Source: a virus (lineage: Duplodnaviria > Caudoviricetes). From it: a stretch of DNA of 64,000 nucleotides. Shown here one piece after another: positions 27,458-35,929 of the stretch. Below the pieces are notes generated by a model. The model did not search any database and was not told where the DNA came from. It was given only the letters and a program-made list of their open reading frames with translations. The position numbers and the translations under genes were made by a program. Position 1 is the stretch's first letter; each line of letters starts with the position of its first letter. The DNA is taken from positions 2,016-66,015 of IMG/VR virus record IMGVR_UViG_3300049165_000080. One strand, 5' to 3'.

Positions 27458-27601
27458 CAGATCCGGCCATACCGCCCACCAGGCCGGGACCGCTAAGCCG
27501 CAGGTCAGCGTACCAACCTTTATCAGCCAGTATCAGCCACGCGAGATCATTCACAGGCGACCGTCGCGCAAATATCGCGCAGCATGATCGACTCGCCACC
27601 G

Positions 27602-27868
27602 TCACGATCTGTCACCCGCGTTGGGCCACTCCTCCGGCGGCGCTACGAACGTCCCCAGCGACGGCACCGGACGCACATACCCCTGCGCCTCCAACTCGTC
27701 AACCGCATGCCGAGCTGTGTTCAAACCGATACCGAACTCCTGAGTCATCCTCTGCAGGCTCGGGATCTTCGTCCGTGGCGGATAGACGCCATCCAGGATC
27801 CGCTGCCGGAGAACCTCCATGAGCTGTAGCCAGCGAGGCCGTTCCGGATCCGGCACCCAATCGATCAT
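27602..27868 (-). CDS. GntR-family wHTH regulator (Kor-like)
   Basis: LRQRILDGVYPPRTKIPS...FGIGLNTARHAVDELEAQG...GTFV. Confidence 0.92.
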   Translation of the reverse strand: MIDWVPDPERPRWLQLMEVLRQRILDGVYPPRTKIPSLQRMTQEFGIGLNTARHAVDELEAQGYVRPVPSLGTFVAPPEEWPNAGDRS

Positions 27869-28234
27869 GAAGAAACGGTAGTGATACCAGGCAGTACTCA
27901 GTCCGCCGGGAACTGCCCGGACGCGCCTGGGCATGCCTGGGCATGCCCATGACAAACGGCGGGTAGAGGGACGAAAGCGGCGGCGCGGGAAACACTCCTG
28001 CCGGAGCTGTCGGGCCCGCGCCGTCGCACCCCCACAATCACCGAGTGCGGGGACTGGGAGTGCGGGGACAAGACGCTTCCGGCAAGGGCAGCTTTCTTCC
28101 GCCTCGGGAGGGGCCATCTCTACCCGGAGGTAGAGCCGTATGTCCCGCATCCGAGAACGTTCCAAAGGCTGCACATCAAGCGGGCAAGATGCGCGTCTAA
28201 CACCCCCGTCATCACCTACCCCCCAGGAGAATGC

Positions 28235-28927
28235 ATGCGTCTCATCGCACGCGCTGCCGCCGCTGTCATCGCCGCGGCGGTCCTGCCCGCTCTCGCATTA
28301 CCGGCCGGCGCGGCAGCTAAGCCGAAGCTGCCGAAGGGCACGATCATCGCGGTCGTCACCAAAATTGTGGACGGGGACACGATCGACGTCCGCCGGGCCG
28401 GACGAAGCATGCGGGTCCGACTGCTGGAGGTCGACACCCCCGAGCGGGGAAAGTGCTGGTTCTCGTCGGCGACGAAGCGGACGTCGTCCCTGCTGCCGGT
28501 CGGTAAGGCCGTCTACCTGCTGCGGGACAAGGACCCGAAAGACCAGTACGGGCGGTGGCTGTACTACGCGTTCAACGCGAAGGGTGTGCACGTCAACCGC
28601 AGCCTCGTCCGGTACGGGTACGGCAAAGCCGTCCTCTACAAGCCCAACGACCGCTACATCAGCGTGATGCGCGCCGACCAGGTCAAGGCCAAGAAGGAAC
28701 GGCTGCGCATCTGGTCCGGCCGGTGCGACAAGCCCGGCGGCACCACACCCACCCCGACACCCACCCCCACGCCGACGAAGACCACCAAGCCATCCGGCAC
28801 CGACCCCCGGTACAGGACGTGCGGCGATGCCAACGCGGCAGGCTACGGCCCGTACCGCCGCGGGGTTGACGCGGAGTACTCCTGGTACCAGGACCGCGAC
28901 GGAGACGGAGTCGTCTGCGAGCGGTAG
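28235..28927 (+). CDS. Secreted staphylococcal-type (SNase) nuclease with C-terminal Excalibur Ca-binding domain
   Basis: Signal peptide; IVDGDTI, RLLEVDTPE, DQYGRWL; PT linker; C..A...DRDGDGVVCE. Confidence 0.92.
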   Translation: MRLIARAAAAVIAAAVLPALALPAGAAAKPKLPKGTIIAVVTKIVDGDTIDVRRAGRSMRVRLLEVDTPERGKCWFSSATKRTSSLLPVGKAVYLLRDKDPKDQYGRWLYYAFNAKGVHVNRSLVRYGYGKAVLYKPNDRYISVMRADQVKAKKERLRIWSGRCDKPGGTTPTPTPTPTPTKTTKPSGTDPRYRTCGDANAAGYGPYRRGVDAEYSWYQDRDGDGVVCER

Positions 28928-28940
28928 CAGAACAGCGAAG

Positions 28941-28973
28941 CGGCCCCGTCTCCCCCGTGTGGAGGCGGGGCCG
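28941..28973. terminator. GC-rich hairpin terminator
   Basis: CGGCCCCGTCTCC / GGAGGCGGGGCCG. Confidence 0.7.
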
Positions 28974-29093
28974 TGGCCTTGTTGCAGAGTCCAGAGGCGG
29001 AAGTTTCTTAAAGGTCTTCGCGAAACCTCCTGACTTGAGCCCCCTCCCGGCGTAGCGTCGAGCACACAGCCACCCCGAAGCCGGGAGACCCAC

Positions 29094-29945
29094 ATGGCCA
29101 GCACAGAGAAGATCAACGAAGCACGAACGGCGCTCGCCACCCGACTCAAAGACCTCCGCCTCGCCGCCACCATCGAGGGCCAGCGCATGACCGGTGACCG
29201 CCTCGCCACAGCTATGGGATGGGAAGGACGCAAAGCACGCATCTCCAAAATCGAGAACGGCACCCAACTCCCCACCATCGACGACATCGCAGCATGGGCG
29301 ACCGCATGCGGCGCCGACGAAGAGATCCCCGACCTGATAGCGCAGGTGCGCAACATCGACAGCATGTACACCGAGTGGCGGCGCCTGGAGAAGACGGGAC
29401 TCGGCCAGATCCAGGAGGCGTTCGTCGGCCTCTACGAGCGCACCACGCAGCTGCGAGTGTGGCAGCACTCCGCGGTCCCCGGCCTGCTCCAGACGGAGGC
29501 GTACGCCCGCGCCCACCTCGGGACCATCATCGGGTTCCGCGGCATCCCGGACGACCTCGATCGCGCCGTGGCTGCCCGCATGTCGCAGCAGGACAGCATC
29601 GGCGGAGTCAGACGGTTTGTGTTCCTGCTCGGCGAGCAGGCGCTCCACACGCCGATGCTGGACGCAGGCGAAATGCGTGAGCAGCGGGAGCGGCTGGCCG
29701 GCTACACCCACGACCACCCGAACGTGTCCTTGGGGATCCTGCCCCGAGACGTTCGCCCTCCGGTGATGCCGCCGGAAAACTTCTGGCTGTACGACACCGC
29801 CGAGGTGCGCGTGGATGGCGTCGCAGCGCAATTTCGGATCAAGAAGCCCGACGACATCGCCGTCTACGAACAGGCATTCACCGCGATATCCGAGGTGTGC
29901 CTGTATGGGGAGGCCGCCAGGAGACTGATCGACCCCAACGGCTGA
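29094..29945 (+). CDS. XRE-HTH plus DUF5753 regulator
   Basis: ISKIENG HTH; VPGLLQTEAYAR; LGEQAL; actinomycete XRE/DUF5753 architecture. Confidence 0.9.
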   Translation: MASTEKINEARTALATRLKDLRLAATIEGQRMTGDRLATAMGWEGRKARISKIENGTQLPTIDDIAAWATACGADEEIPDLIAQVRNIDSMYTEWRRLEKTGLGQIQEAFVGLYERTTQLRVWQHSAVPGLLQTEAYARAHLGTIIGFRGIPDDLDRAVAARMSQQDSIGGVRRFVFLLGEQALHTPMLDAGEMREQRERLAGYTHDHPNVSLGILPRDVRPPVMPPENFWLYDTAEVRVDGVAAQFRIKKPDDIAVYEQAFTAISEVCLYGEAARRLIDPNG

Positions 29946-30096
29946 TCTTTAAGAAACAAATCGAAACTTCGTTGAGCTGCAACAAGGCACCTCTCTAACG
30001 TCAACGGCGAACACCTTCGCAGGCCAGGCACTCGGGGACCGCGCCACCCGCCTGGCCCGACGCGACCTCCATCCCGTCGCTCGTGAGGAAATCGCC

Positions 30097-30447
30097 GTGT
30101 CCAACGACGCCTCTACCCAGGCCGCCCTCGACATCCACAGCGCAGTCGCAAGAGCCGTTACAGCCTCCCTCGCTGCCGCCGCCCGCGAGCCGTTCGAGCT
30201 CCGCCAACTGGCCGCACTCCAGAGCACCTACCCCGGCTGGAACATCAGCCGCATCCGAGACGAGTCCGGCCGACAGCGGTGGCTCGCCATATACGGCGGC
30301 CCCTTCACAGGCGAGATGCGAGCCGCCGGCGCGGCCACCACGATCCTCAAGTCGGACGCTGCCACCCTCACGGAGGCCCTCGCGTGGCAGTCGGCACTCG
30401 TCGGCGCCGTGACCGCGATACATCAGTCCTCCGGCACCGAGACGTAG
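30097..30447 (+). CDS. Hypothetical protein
   Basis: GTG start after GAGGA; YPGWNI motif. Confidence 0.6.
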   Translation: MSNDASTQAALDIHSAVARAVTASLAAAAREPFELRQLAALQSTYPGWNISRIRDESGRQRWLAIYGGPFTGEMRAAGAATTILKSDAATLTEALAWQSALVGAVTAIHQSSGTET

Positions 30448-30455
30448 CTGCCGCT

Positions 30456-30707
30456 CTACTCCTCAGCCGCCCGAAGCTTCTCAGCGGCGCCCGCCAGCAC
30501 GTAGCTGCCAGTGCCCCGCTCGGTCTCCACCAGACCGGCCTCGCGCAACGCCCGATGCACCTTCTGGGCGACCGTGTTCGACATGTCCCACTCGGTCATG
30601 AGCTCGTGCACCGTGGGCACCCTGTCACCAGGGGCCAGCTCGCCGGCGCGGATCTGGTCGCAGATCGACGCGTATGCCTGGCGCCACTTCGACCGACTCG
30701 GATGCAT
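30456..30707 (-). CDS. Second GntR-family wHTH regulator
   Basis: IRAGELAPGDRVPT...VAQKVHRALREAGLV...GTGSYV. Confidence 0.92.
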   Translation of the reverse strand: MHPSRSKWRQAYASICDQIRAGELAPGDRVPTVHELMTEWDMSNTVAQKVHRALREAGLVETERGTGSYVLAGAAEKLRAAEE

Positions 30708-30884
30708 GCGATCAAGGCTCGTGTGCCGTACCAGGGTGGACATAGCAACACGTAGACGCCCCGTAATACACATGGGGATGGTTTAAGACACCTTGACGTG
30801 GCAGTCTTGGTGCCTGACATAAATCGGGCTCGGCAAGCGCGCGAACGCTCACCGAGCCCTGATCGCACACTGGAGGTGCGACAT

Positions 30885-31139
30885 ATGAACCAGCCTAACC
30901 CGGCGCCCAAGATCCCAGAGTTCAACGTCTGGGAAGACGGCGAAGGCTTCCACGCCACGTGGGCGAAACCGCTCGACACTACCGAGACGTACGCGCGTAT
31001 CCCCGAGCAGACCGACGCCCGGAACATCGCCCAACTTGAGGCCGACTGCGCCTGGCTGCGCATCCGCCGGGACCTCGTGACCAAGTCCGCCTGGCGGCGC
31101 ACAGCAGAGATTCCGTTCCGGACGGGCGACCCGACGTGA
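30885..31139 (+). CDS. Hypothetical protein
   Basis: GGAGG RBS; divergent from GntR. Confidence 0.65.
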   Translation: MNQPNPAPKIPEFNVWEDGEGFHATWAKPLDTTETYARIPEQTDARNIAQLEADCAWLRIRRDLVTKSAWRRTAEIPFRTGDPT

Positions 31140-31339
31140 CGTACCGGCTGGTCCAAGAGGACAACGGCATGTTCTGGATCTACGACAACGGCCTGCCGCA
31201 CTCCCGGTACGGGATCATCCCCGCCGACGACGAAGAGCGCCAGGTGCTCGAAGCGGTGCCCGATCTGCTGAACAAGCAGCCGCAGGACCTGACGCTCAAG
31301 CGGAAGGCGTACTACCTCTACGTGACCAAGCTGTGGTGA
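31136..31339 (+). CDS. Hypothetical protein
   Basis: GTGA coupling. Confidence 0.6.
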   Translation: MTYRLVQEDNGMFWIYDNGLPHSRYGIIPADDEERQVLEAVPDLLNKQPQDLTLKRKAYYLYVTKLW

Positions 31340-31542
31340 CGCACCACCCATAGACAGCCCGATTCCCGTCCGCTGGCAGCTGCGGGAGTCGGGCGTTCAA
31401 CCCGGTCCTAGCGCGGACACGGGAACGCTGGCGGTCCTGCCCTTCCGACTAGAGGGGACGGAGGGCAGGGCCGCCGCATCTACAGGAGGGAGTCTCCGTG
31501 AACAACTGGCCGCACCACCCCCAACGTCCTACCGTCAGGGAC

Positions 31543-31839
31543 ATGAGCCCCACAGACCGTGACCACTTCGCTGCGATCACCACCCCCCGTGGGAGTGTCG
31601 TGAGCATCTCGTTCCTCACCGCCGAGCAGGCCGGCGATGTCACCGACCAGTTCGAGCCGCCCGCCGAGCCACTCGCGCCGATCGAAGCCGGCAAGGAAAC
31701 CCAGCAGTGCAGCAGGTGCAGCGGGGCCGGCGGCTGGAACGAAGAGGTCAGGACGAAGACCGGCAAGGGCGGCGAGGTCGTCACTCAGCGCTGGGTGAGC
31801 TGTAGGCCCTGCGGCGGCACCGGGCGAGTCTCGAAGTAG
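31543..31839 (+). CDS. Small protein with DnaJ-like CxxCxGxG zinc finger
   Basis: CSRCSGAGG and CRPCGGTG. Confidence 0.7.
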   Translation: MSPTDRDHFAAITTPRGSVVSISFLTAEQAGDVTDQFEPPAEPLAPIEAGKETQQCSRCSGAGGWNEEVRTKTGKGGEVVTQRWVSCRPCGGTGRVSK

Positions 31840-31851
31840 AGCCCCTGTACG

Positions 31852-31890
31852 CGACGGCCCCCGCCTACGAATCCCGGGCGGGGGCCGTCG
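31852..31890. terminator. Hairpin terminator
   Basis: CGACGGCCCCCGCC / GGCGGGGGCCGTCG. Confidence 0.75.
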
Positions 31891-31950
31891 TCATCGCTGC
31901 GTCTTGATCAGTCCAAACTCGGGCCGCGCGTCAGCGCGGCAACGGTCACA

Positions 31951-32089
31951 TGAGTAGTTCTCTGAGTAGGTGGAGTGAGTAGTTGGGTGGAAGTGACTTC
32001 CGGTACCTGCGGAACTCATTTCCGGCACCTACCGGAAGTGGCTTCCGGTAGCCCTGGAAGTGGTTTCCGGTACTGGAAGTCACTTCCGG
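31951..32089. repeat. Second iteron array: 5x GGAA(G/C)T-N2-(C/T)TTCCGG plus 3x TGAGTAG
   Basis: Copies at 31989, 32011, 32034, 32056 and 32075; TGAGTAG at 31951, 31963 and 31976. Confidence 0.85.
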
Positions 32090-32103
32090 CACCGAACGCC
32101 CGA

Positions 32104-32832
32104 TCACCAGTCGTCTCCGCGCGACAGCCGGAACATCTTCCAGACCTCCTCATTGCCCTGCTTGCTCCACACGGGCTTGCCCGACTCCGCCATCCGACGA
32201 TTCCAGGCGTCGTAGCACCACGGCTCGTCGCGGCCCTTGGTCTTGCGTGGCGCCGGACAGAAGACGAACTGGCGGACGTTGAACGTCACCCGGCCGTCAT
32301 CGGTGAGCGTGCAGTTGCCTTGCGGGTTGATGAGCTTGTCGCAGTGCTGGCAGGTGAACTTCTTCGATCGAGGGCCGAGGATTGGCAGGTTCGCCCAGTT
32401 GTCCGGGATGACCAGCTCGTACTCGTCGGCCTTGCGCGCGTGCGCGACCGCGTGAGACACGCGCTCGGCCAGCCCCAGCCCTCGGATCACCGCCCACGCG
32501 GTTCGGACCGTACGTTCGCTGTAGCCGGTCTCTCGGGCGAGCCGCTCGTTGCTGGGATGGCAGGAGGTGCCGTCGAACAAGTCTGCGTAGTCCATCGCGG
32601 ACCGAGCCACGAGCTTGACGGAGGATTCCACGAGAAGAATCCGGATAAGGCTGTTCCATCGAGCGACGAAAGGCTTATCGTCGTCATCGGGTCGAATCAC
32701 AGTTGCTAGTGCCTTAGCTGAGCGGTGAAGGAAAGCAACGAGACCCGGAACCCTCGCAGCGCGCGGCGAGCCGTACGGTGGCCAGCGCCCGCGCCAGGTT
32801 CGGATCGATGGCCGACCGGAGTGTTGGCGCAC
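32104..32832 (-). CDS. Replication-initiator-like wHTH protein with Cys cluster (start uncertain)
   Basis: SCHPSNERLARETGYSERTVRTAWAVIRGLGL wHTH typical of Rep/replisome organisers; CQHC; iterons follow the stop. Confidence 0.7.
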   Translation of the reverse strand: MRQHSGRPSIRTWRGRWPPYGSPRAARVPGLVAFLHRSAKALATVIRPDDDDKPFVARWNSLIRILLVESSVKLVARSAMDYADLFDGTSCHPSNERLARETGYSERTVRTAWAVIRGLGLAERVSHAVAHARKADEYELVIPDNWANLPILGPRSKKFTCQHCDKLINPQGNCTLTDDGRVTFNVRQFVFCPAPRKTKGRDEPWCYDAWNRRMAESGKPVWSKQGNEEVWKMFRLSRGDDW

Positions 32833-32850
32833 CCGGCAGCCCCGCAGAAC

Positions 32851-32883
32851 ACGAAGCCCCCGTCCTATGGCGGGGGCTTTCGT
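32851..32883. terminator. Hairpin terminator
   Basis: ACGAAGCCCCCGTCC / GGCGGGGGCTTTCGT. Confidence 0.7.
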
Positions 32884-32891
32884 CTTGTCGG

Positions 32892-33191
32892 TTACTCGGC
32901 GTCTTCGTCGCGGCGGCGCGGGCGGCGCAGGATCGCGAGGATCTCCTCCTGCGACATCGCGGCGATCCGCTCGATCTCTTCCTCGGTAGGCCGCTCGGGC
33001 AGCTCGGCGCCGGGCACGCGCAGGAACCAGTCCACGAGTTGGCTCATGACTTCGGTGCGGTTGCTCTTGACCGACAAGGACGCAATGCCAAACCGCCCCC
33101 ACTTCAGGGCGCCCATTCTCATGCTCTGCTTCGGCGTCTTCGGTTGGTTCGGCACACGGTAACCGTAAGTGCTCATGGTCTCGGTTGTCAT
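32892..33191 (-). CDS. Ribbon-helix-helix-like small regulator (KorB/CopG-like)
   Basis: PKTPKQSMRMG..KW..F......RTEVMSQLVDWFL..PGAELPERP; divergent from the transfer operon. Confidence 0.65.
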   Translation of the reverse strand: MTTETMSTYGYRVPNQPKTPKQSMRMGALKWGRFGIASLSVKSNRTEVMSQLVDWFLRVPGAELPERPTEEEIERIAAMSQEEILAILRRPRRRDEDAE

Positions 33192-33267
33192 TACGCCTCC
33201 AGGGTTGAGGTGGGGGGACACCTCAGGTTAGGGTGGGGGGACACCTAGAGTCAAAGGGAGTCGGTAC

Positions 33268-34800
33268 ATGAACGGCGAGGGCGCTCACTCTGTACAAGAC
33301 CCGGATTGGTGGGCGTGGATCTGGACCCATATCTCCCCCTACCTCCCGCCCGTGTGGGTGTGGTGGATCGTCGGCGGCGCCTGCTGCGTCGTCGCCACCT
33401 GGCTGCTCACCCGCAAGCTCCTGCGCACAAGCGGCAAGGCGTGGACCGCCGGTAGGGCGTACCTGTCCAGCCGTTCCATCGAGGACGTGCTGACCGTCGT
33501 GGCCGCCTCGATCGCCACGGGCGTCTCCGCTCAGGGCATGTGGCGGTTCGCCGAAGACGTGCTGCACCTGCCGTTCGTGCTGCGCATCCTGCTGTTCGCG
33601 TTCATCGAGGTGGCGATCGTCACCAGCGCGGTGCGGGCCCGCCGGAACATGCGGGAGAACTTCTCCGCCGGCGTGGACGGCATGGCCGTGTGGGCTCTCA
33701 CCGTCCTGACCGCGGTCCTGTCCAGCATGGACGCCCGCAGCCTGCCCGAGGCCGTGTTCAGGCTCGCCGCCCCGCTGGTCGCAGCGTGGTTGTGGGAGCG
33801 CGGCATGGCCATCGAGCGGCATCGCATCCGCGGCACCGGGCGGATCAACTGGCGTCTCACCCCCGAGCGCATCATGGTGTGGGCCGGCGTAGCGGAGGCG
33901 CGGGACCGCACCACGTCCGAAGTAGACGCGCACCGGCGGATCACTCGTGTCGCTCTCGCAGCCAAGCGCGTACACCAGCTCCGACAGGCAGGCGTCTCCG
34001 ACCGCAAGCTAGCTCGCGCCGTCGCGCGGCGGGACCGGATGCTCGACCGGGCAGTGGAACACACCGGCCTCGCCCGTGACGCCTCCACGCAGAGCGCACT
34101 GCTCGACATGGTGACGACACTCGGCGGCGGCGACGACCTGTCCCGGAAGCTCGACACCGCGTCTCCGCCGTGGGCGCATCTCGACCATCCGGCCGTCACC
34201 GGCAACGCGCGGCACGCCGAGGCCGTCGAACTGGCTGCCGCGCTGCGCGACCACACCGAGGCGCTCAAGGAGCGCGGCGACGCCGAACTGACCGCCACCA
34301 TCGTGTCGCTCGCCACCTACGTTGCCGGGCGCGATGGGCTACCGGCGCCAGTCCTGTCACCAGGCCCCTTCTCGGCCGCCGAACGGGGCGATGTTCGCCC
34401 CGCCGACGGCGCCCCCGCCGTCGGCCCCGATCGACCGCAGCCCGTCCTGGAACTGGCTCCCGAGACCGACGCGCACGGCGCCGAGGAAGGCCAAACCGAA
34501 GACAGTGGCGAGGACAACGACACCGACCGGAGCAAGCCCACCGAGCAGGACAATCAGGCAGCCGAGGAGTGGATCCGCCGTCGGTGCCGCGGTCAGAACG
34601 GTGTCGGCCAGAAGCCTTCGCCGGCCGACGTCCGGGAGCGTCATGGGTTCTCCCACGGGTGGGCTCGCCGCCGGATCACTCAGGTGCAGTCCCGGATGCT
34701 CTCGCAGGGGTACGTGTTCGAAGACAACGGGCTGGTGCTGTCGCCGGCGCGGGCGTCCGAGAGTGTGGACGCTGCCGAGCGCGGCGAGGTGCCGGCATGA
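33268..34800 (+). CDS. SpdB/DUF2637-like multi-TM spread protein with C-terminal HTH
   Basis: Several TM helices (SAQGMWRF, AFIEVA, RLAAPLVAAWLWER), coiled and low-complexity linker, HTH (SPADVRERHGFSHGWARR). Confidence 0.7.
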   Translation: MNGEGAHSVQDPDWWAWIWTHISPYLPPVWVWWIVGGACCVVATWLLTRKLLRTSGKAWTAGRAYLSSRSIEDVLTVVAASIATGVSAQGMWRFAEDVLHLPFVLRILLFAFIEVAIVTSAVRARRNMRENFSAGVDGMAVWALTVLTAVLSSMDARSLPEAVFRLAAPLVAAWLWERGMAIERHRIRGTGRINWRLTPERIMVWAGVAEARDRTTSEVDAHRRITRVALAAKRVHQLRQAGVSDRKLARAVARRDRMLDRAVEHTGLARDASTQSALLDMVTTLGGGDDLSRKLDTASPPWAHLDHPAVTGNARHAEAVELAAALRDHTEALKERGDAELTATIVSLATYVAGRDGLPAPVLSPGPFSAAERGDVRPADGAPAVGPDRPQPVLELAPETDAHGAEEGQTEDSGEDNDTDRSKPTEQDNQAAEEWIRRRCRGQNGVGQKPSPADVRERHGFSHGWARRRITQVQSRMLSQGYVFEDNGLVLSPARASESVDAAERGEVPA

Positions 34801-34919
34801 GTCCCACCGCGGTGACGTTCGCCACCGTCGTCGCTGTGCTGTTCGCCGCTCACCAGTTCGGCGGCCACTGGTACGGCCAGACTCCACCAGCAGTTCTCGG
34901 CAAGGCCGACCCCCAGTGA
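34797..34919 (+). pseudogene. Truncated DUF3307-like fragment
   Basis: FATVVAVLFAAHQFGGHWYGQT resembles the AH.xgDHW.QT start of DUF3307; stops at 40 aa. Confidence 0.45.
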
Positions 34920-34933
34920 GAAAGGACCAGCGC

Positions 34934-35236
34934 ATGAGCGAGCAGACCCCCTTCCAGTCGGTGCCCAGGTCGAACAGGAAGCCGCCCGCCACCGCCCCGC
35001 CCGCGCCCTCACCGCGAGCCGCACAGCCGCCCGCGGTACACAGCCTGCTGATCGTCGCCGCCGTGATAGGCGGCGCCATCTGGCTCGGCCTGCGGCACGC
35101 CGCAGTCGATCCGGCCCAGGCCGGTGCCGCAGGCGGAGCGGTGTTCGGGCTGCTGGTCGGCGCCGCACTGCCCGGCTGGTGTCAGCGGCTCGGTGACCGG
35201 CTGGGCATCTCCAAGCGGACGCGAGGCCGGCGATGA
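34934..35236 (+). CDS. Small two-TM membrane protein (Spd-like)
   Basis: AAAGGA RBS; two hydrophobic helices. Confidence 0.65.
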   Translation: MSEQTPFQSVPRSNRKPPATAPPAPSPRAAQPPAVHSLLIVAAVIGGAIWLGLRHAAVDPAQAGAAGGAVFGLLVGAALPGWCQRLGDRLGISKRTRGRR

Positions 35237-35478
35237 GGACCGCCCGGCGGTGGGTGGCCTACATCCTCTGGCTCGTGGTCGCCGCCCCCATTCACGTATG
35301 GATCATTTCGTTGCAGCGCCTCGGTGTGCTGGTGGGTGAGGCGCTGGTGTGGCTGGTCGACCTGGCCGCCGCGCTGGCCGGATGGCCGCCCGCCCGTGTC
35401 CTGCTCACGCGTGCGGCGAGGCAGGCGGCCGGAGCTGCCGCCCACGAATTTCGCCCCCCGTCCTGGAGATCAGCATGA
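35233..35478 (+). CDS. Small membrane protein (Spd-like)
   Basis: Hydrophobic; coupled. Confidence 0.6.
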   Translation: MRTARRWVAYILWLVVAAPIHVWIISLQRLGVLVGEALVWLVDLAAALAGWPPARVLLTRAARQAAGAAAHEFRPPSWRSA

Positions 35479-35921
35479 CGATTCGCGGTAAGCGCATGGT
35501 GTGGAAAGGCCGCAACCACACCCGGAAGAACAAGGGTGACCTGCGGGCACTGTTCGCGATCCCGATGACGTCGCCGTCTGCGGTGGCCGACTTCGCCGAC
35601 CAGCTGCGCGCCGTAGGGATGCGCCTGGAGGTGGGCGTCGAAGGGTCGATCGACGACCTTGATGACAACCTCGTCGCGATGATCCGCGAGACCTACAAGA
35701 TGGGCCGGATGGCGGCCCGGTACCGCACCCGCCGGGTCCGGCAACGCGGTGAGGCGCTGCAGAGGCTGGCGGAGGCGTTCGCCAAGAACGCGGTCAAGTT
35801 GAACAGGGAGTTCGAGCAAGTCCTGGCCGCGCTGGAGGACGACGAAGAGCGCGATGCCGCCAAGAAGGGCAAGAAGACGACCCGCCGCACGCCTCGCCCG
35901 GCGTTCAGCCTGGATGACTGA
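35475..35921 (+). CDS. TraA-like plasmid transfer accessory protein
   Basis: Basic helical protein directly upstream of traB, as in Streptomyces traA-traB; the TSPSAVADFADQLR segment resembles TraA. Confidence 0.55.
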   Translation: MTIRGKRMVWKGRNHTRKNKGDLRALFAIPMTSPSAVADFADQLRAVGMRLEVGVEGSIDDLDDNLVAMIRETYKMGRMAARYRTRRVRQRGEALQRLAEAFAKNAVKLNREFEQVLAALEDDEERDAAKKGKKTTRRTPRPAFSLDD

Positions 35922-35929
35922 GGGACGAC

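Larger units (their letters stand above)
27333..27581. other. attP: tRNA-Thr 3'-half core flanked by identical 21-bp arm sites
   Basis: CCGTCGCGCAAATATCGCGCA at 27333-27353 and 27561-27581; TATCAGCCA tandem at 27521-27539. Confidence 0.85.

Noticed and set aside
31951-32089. CRISPR array
   Set aside because: Repeats are about 15 bp with 4-8 bp gaps, no spacer-length unique sequences and no cas genes; they fit iterons. The same applies to 10318-10584 and 37982-38112.
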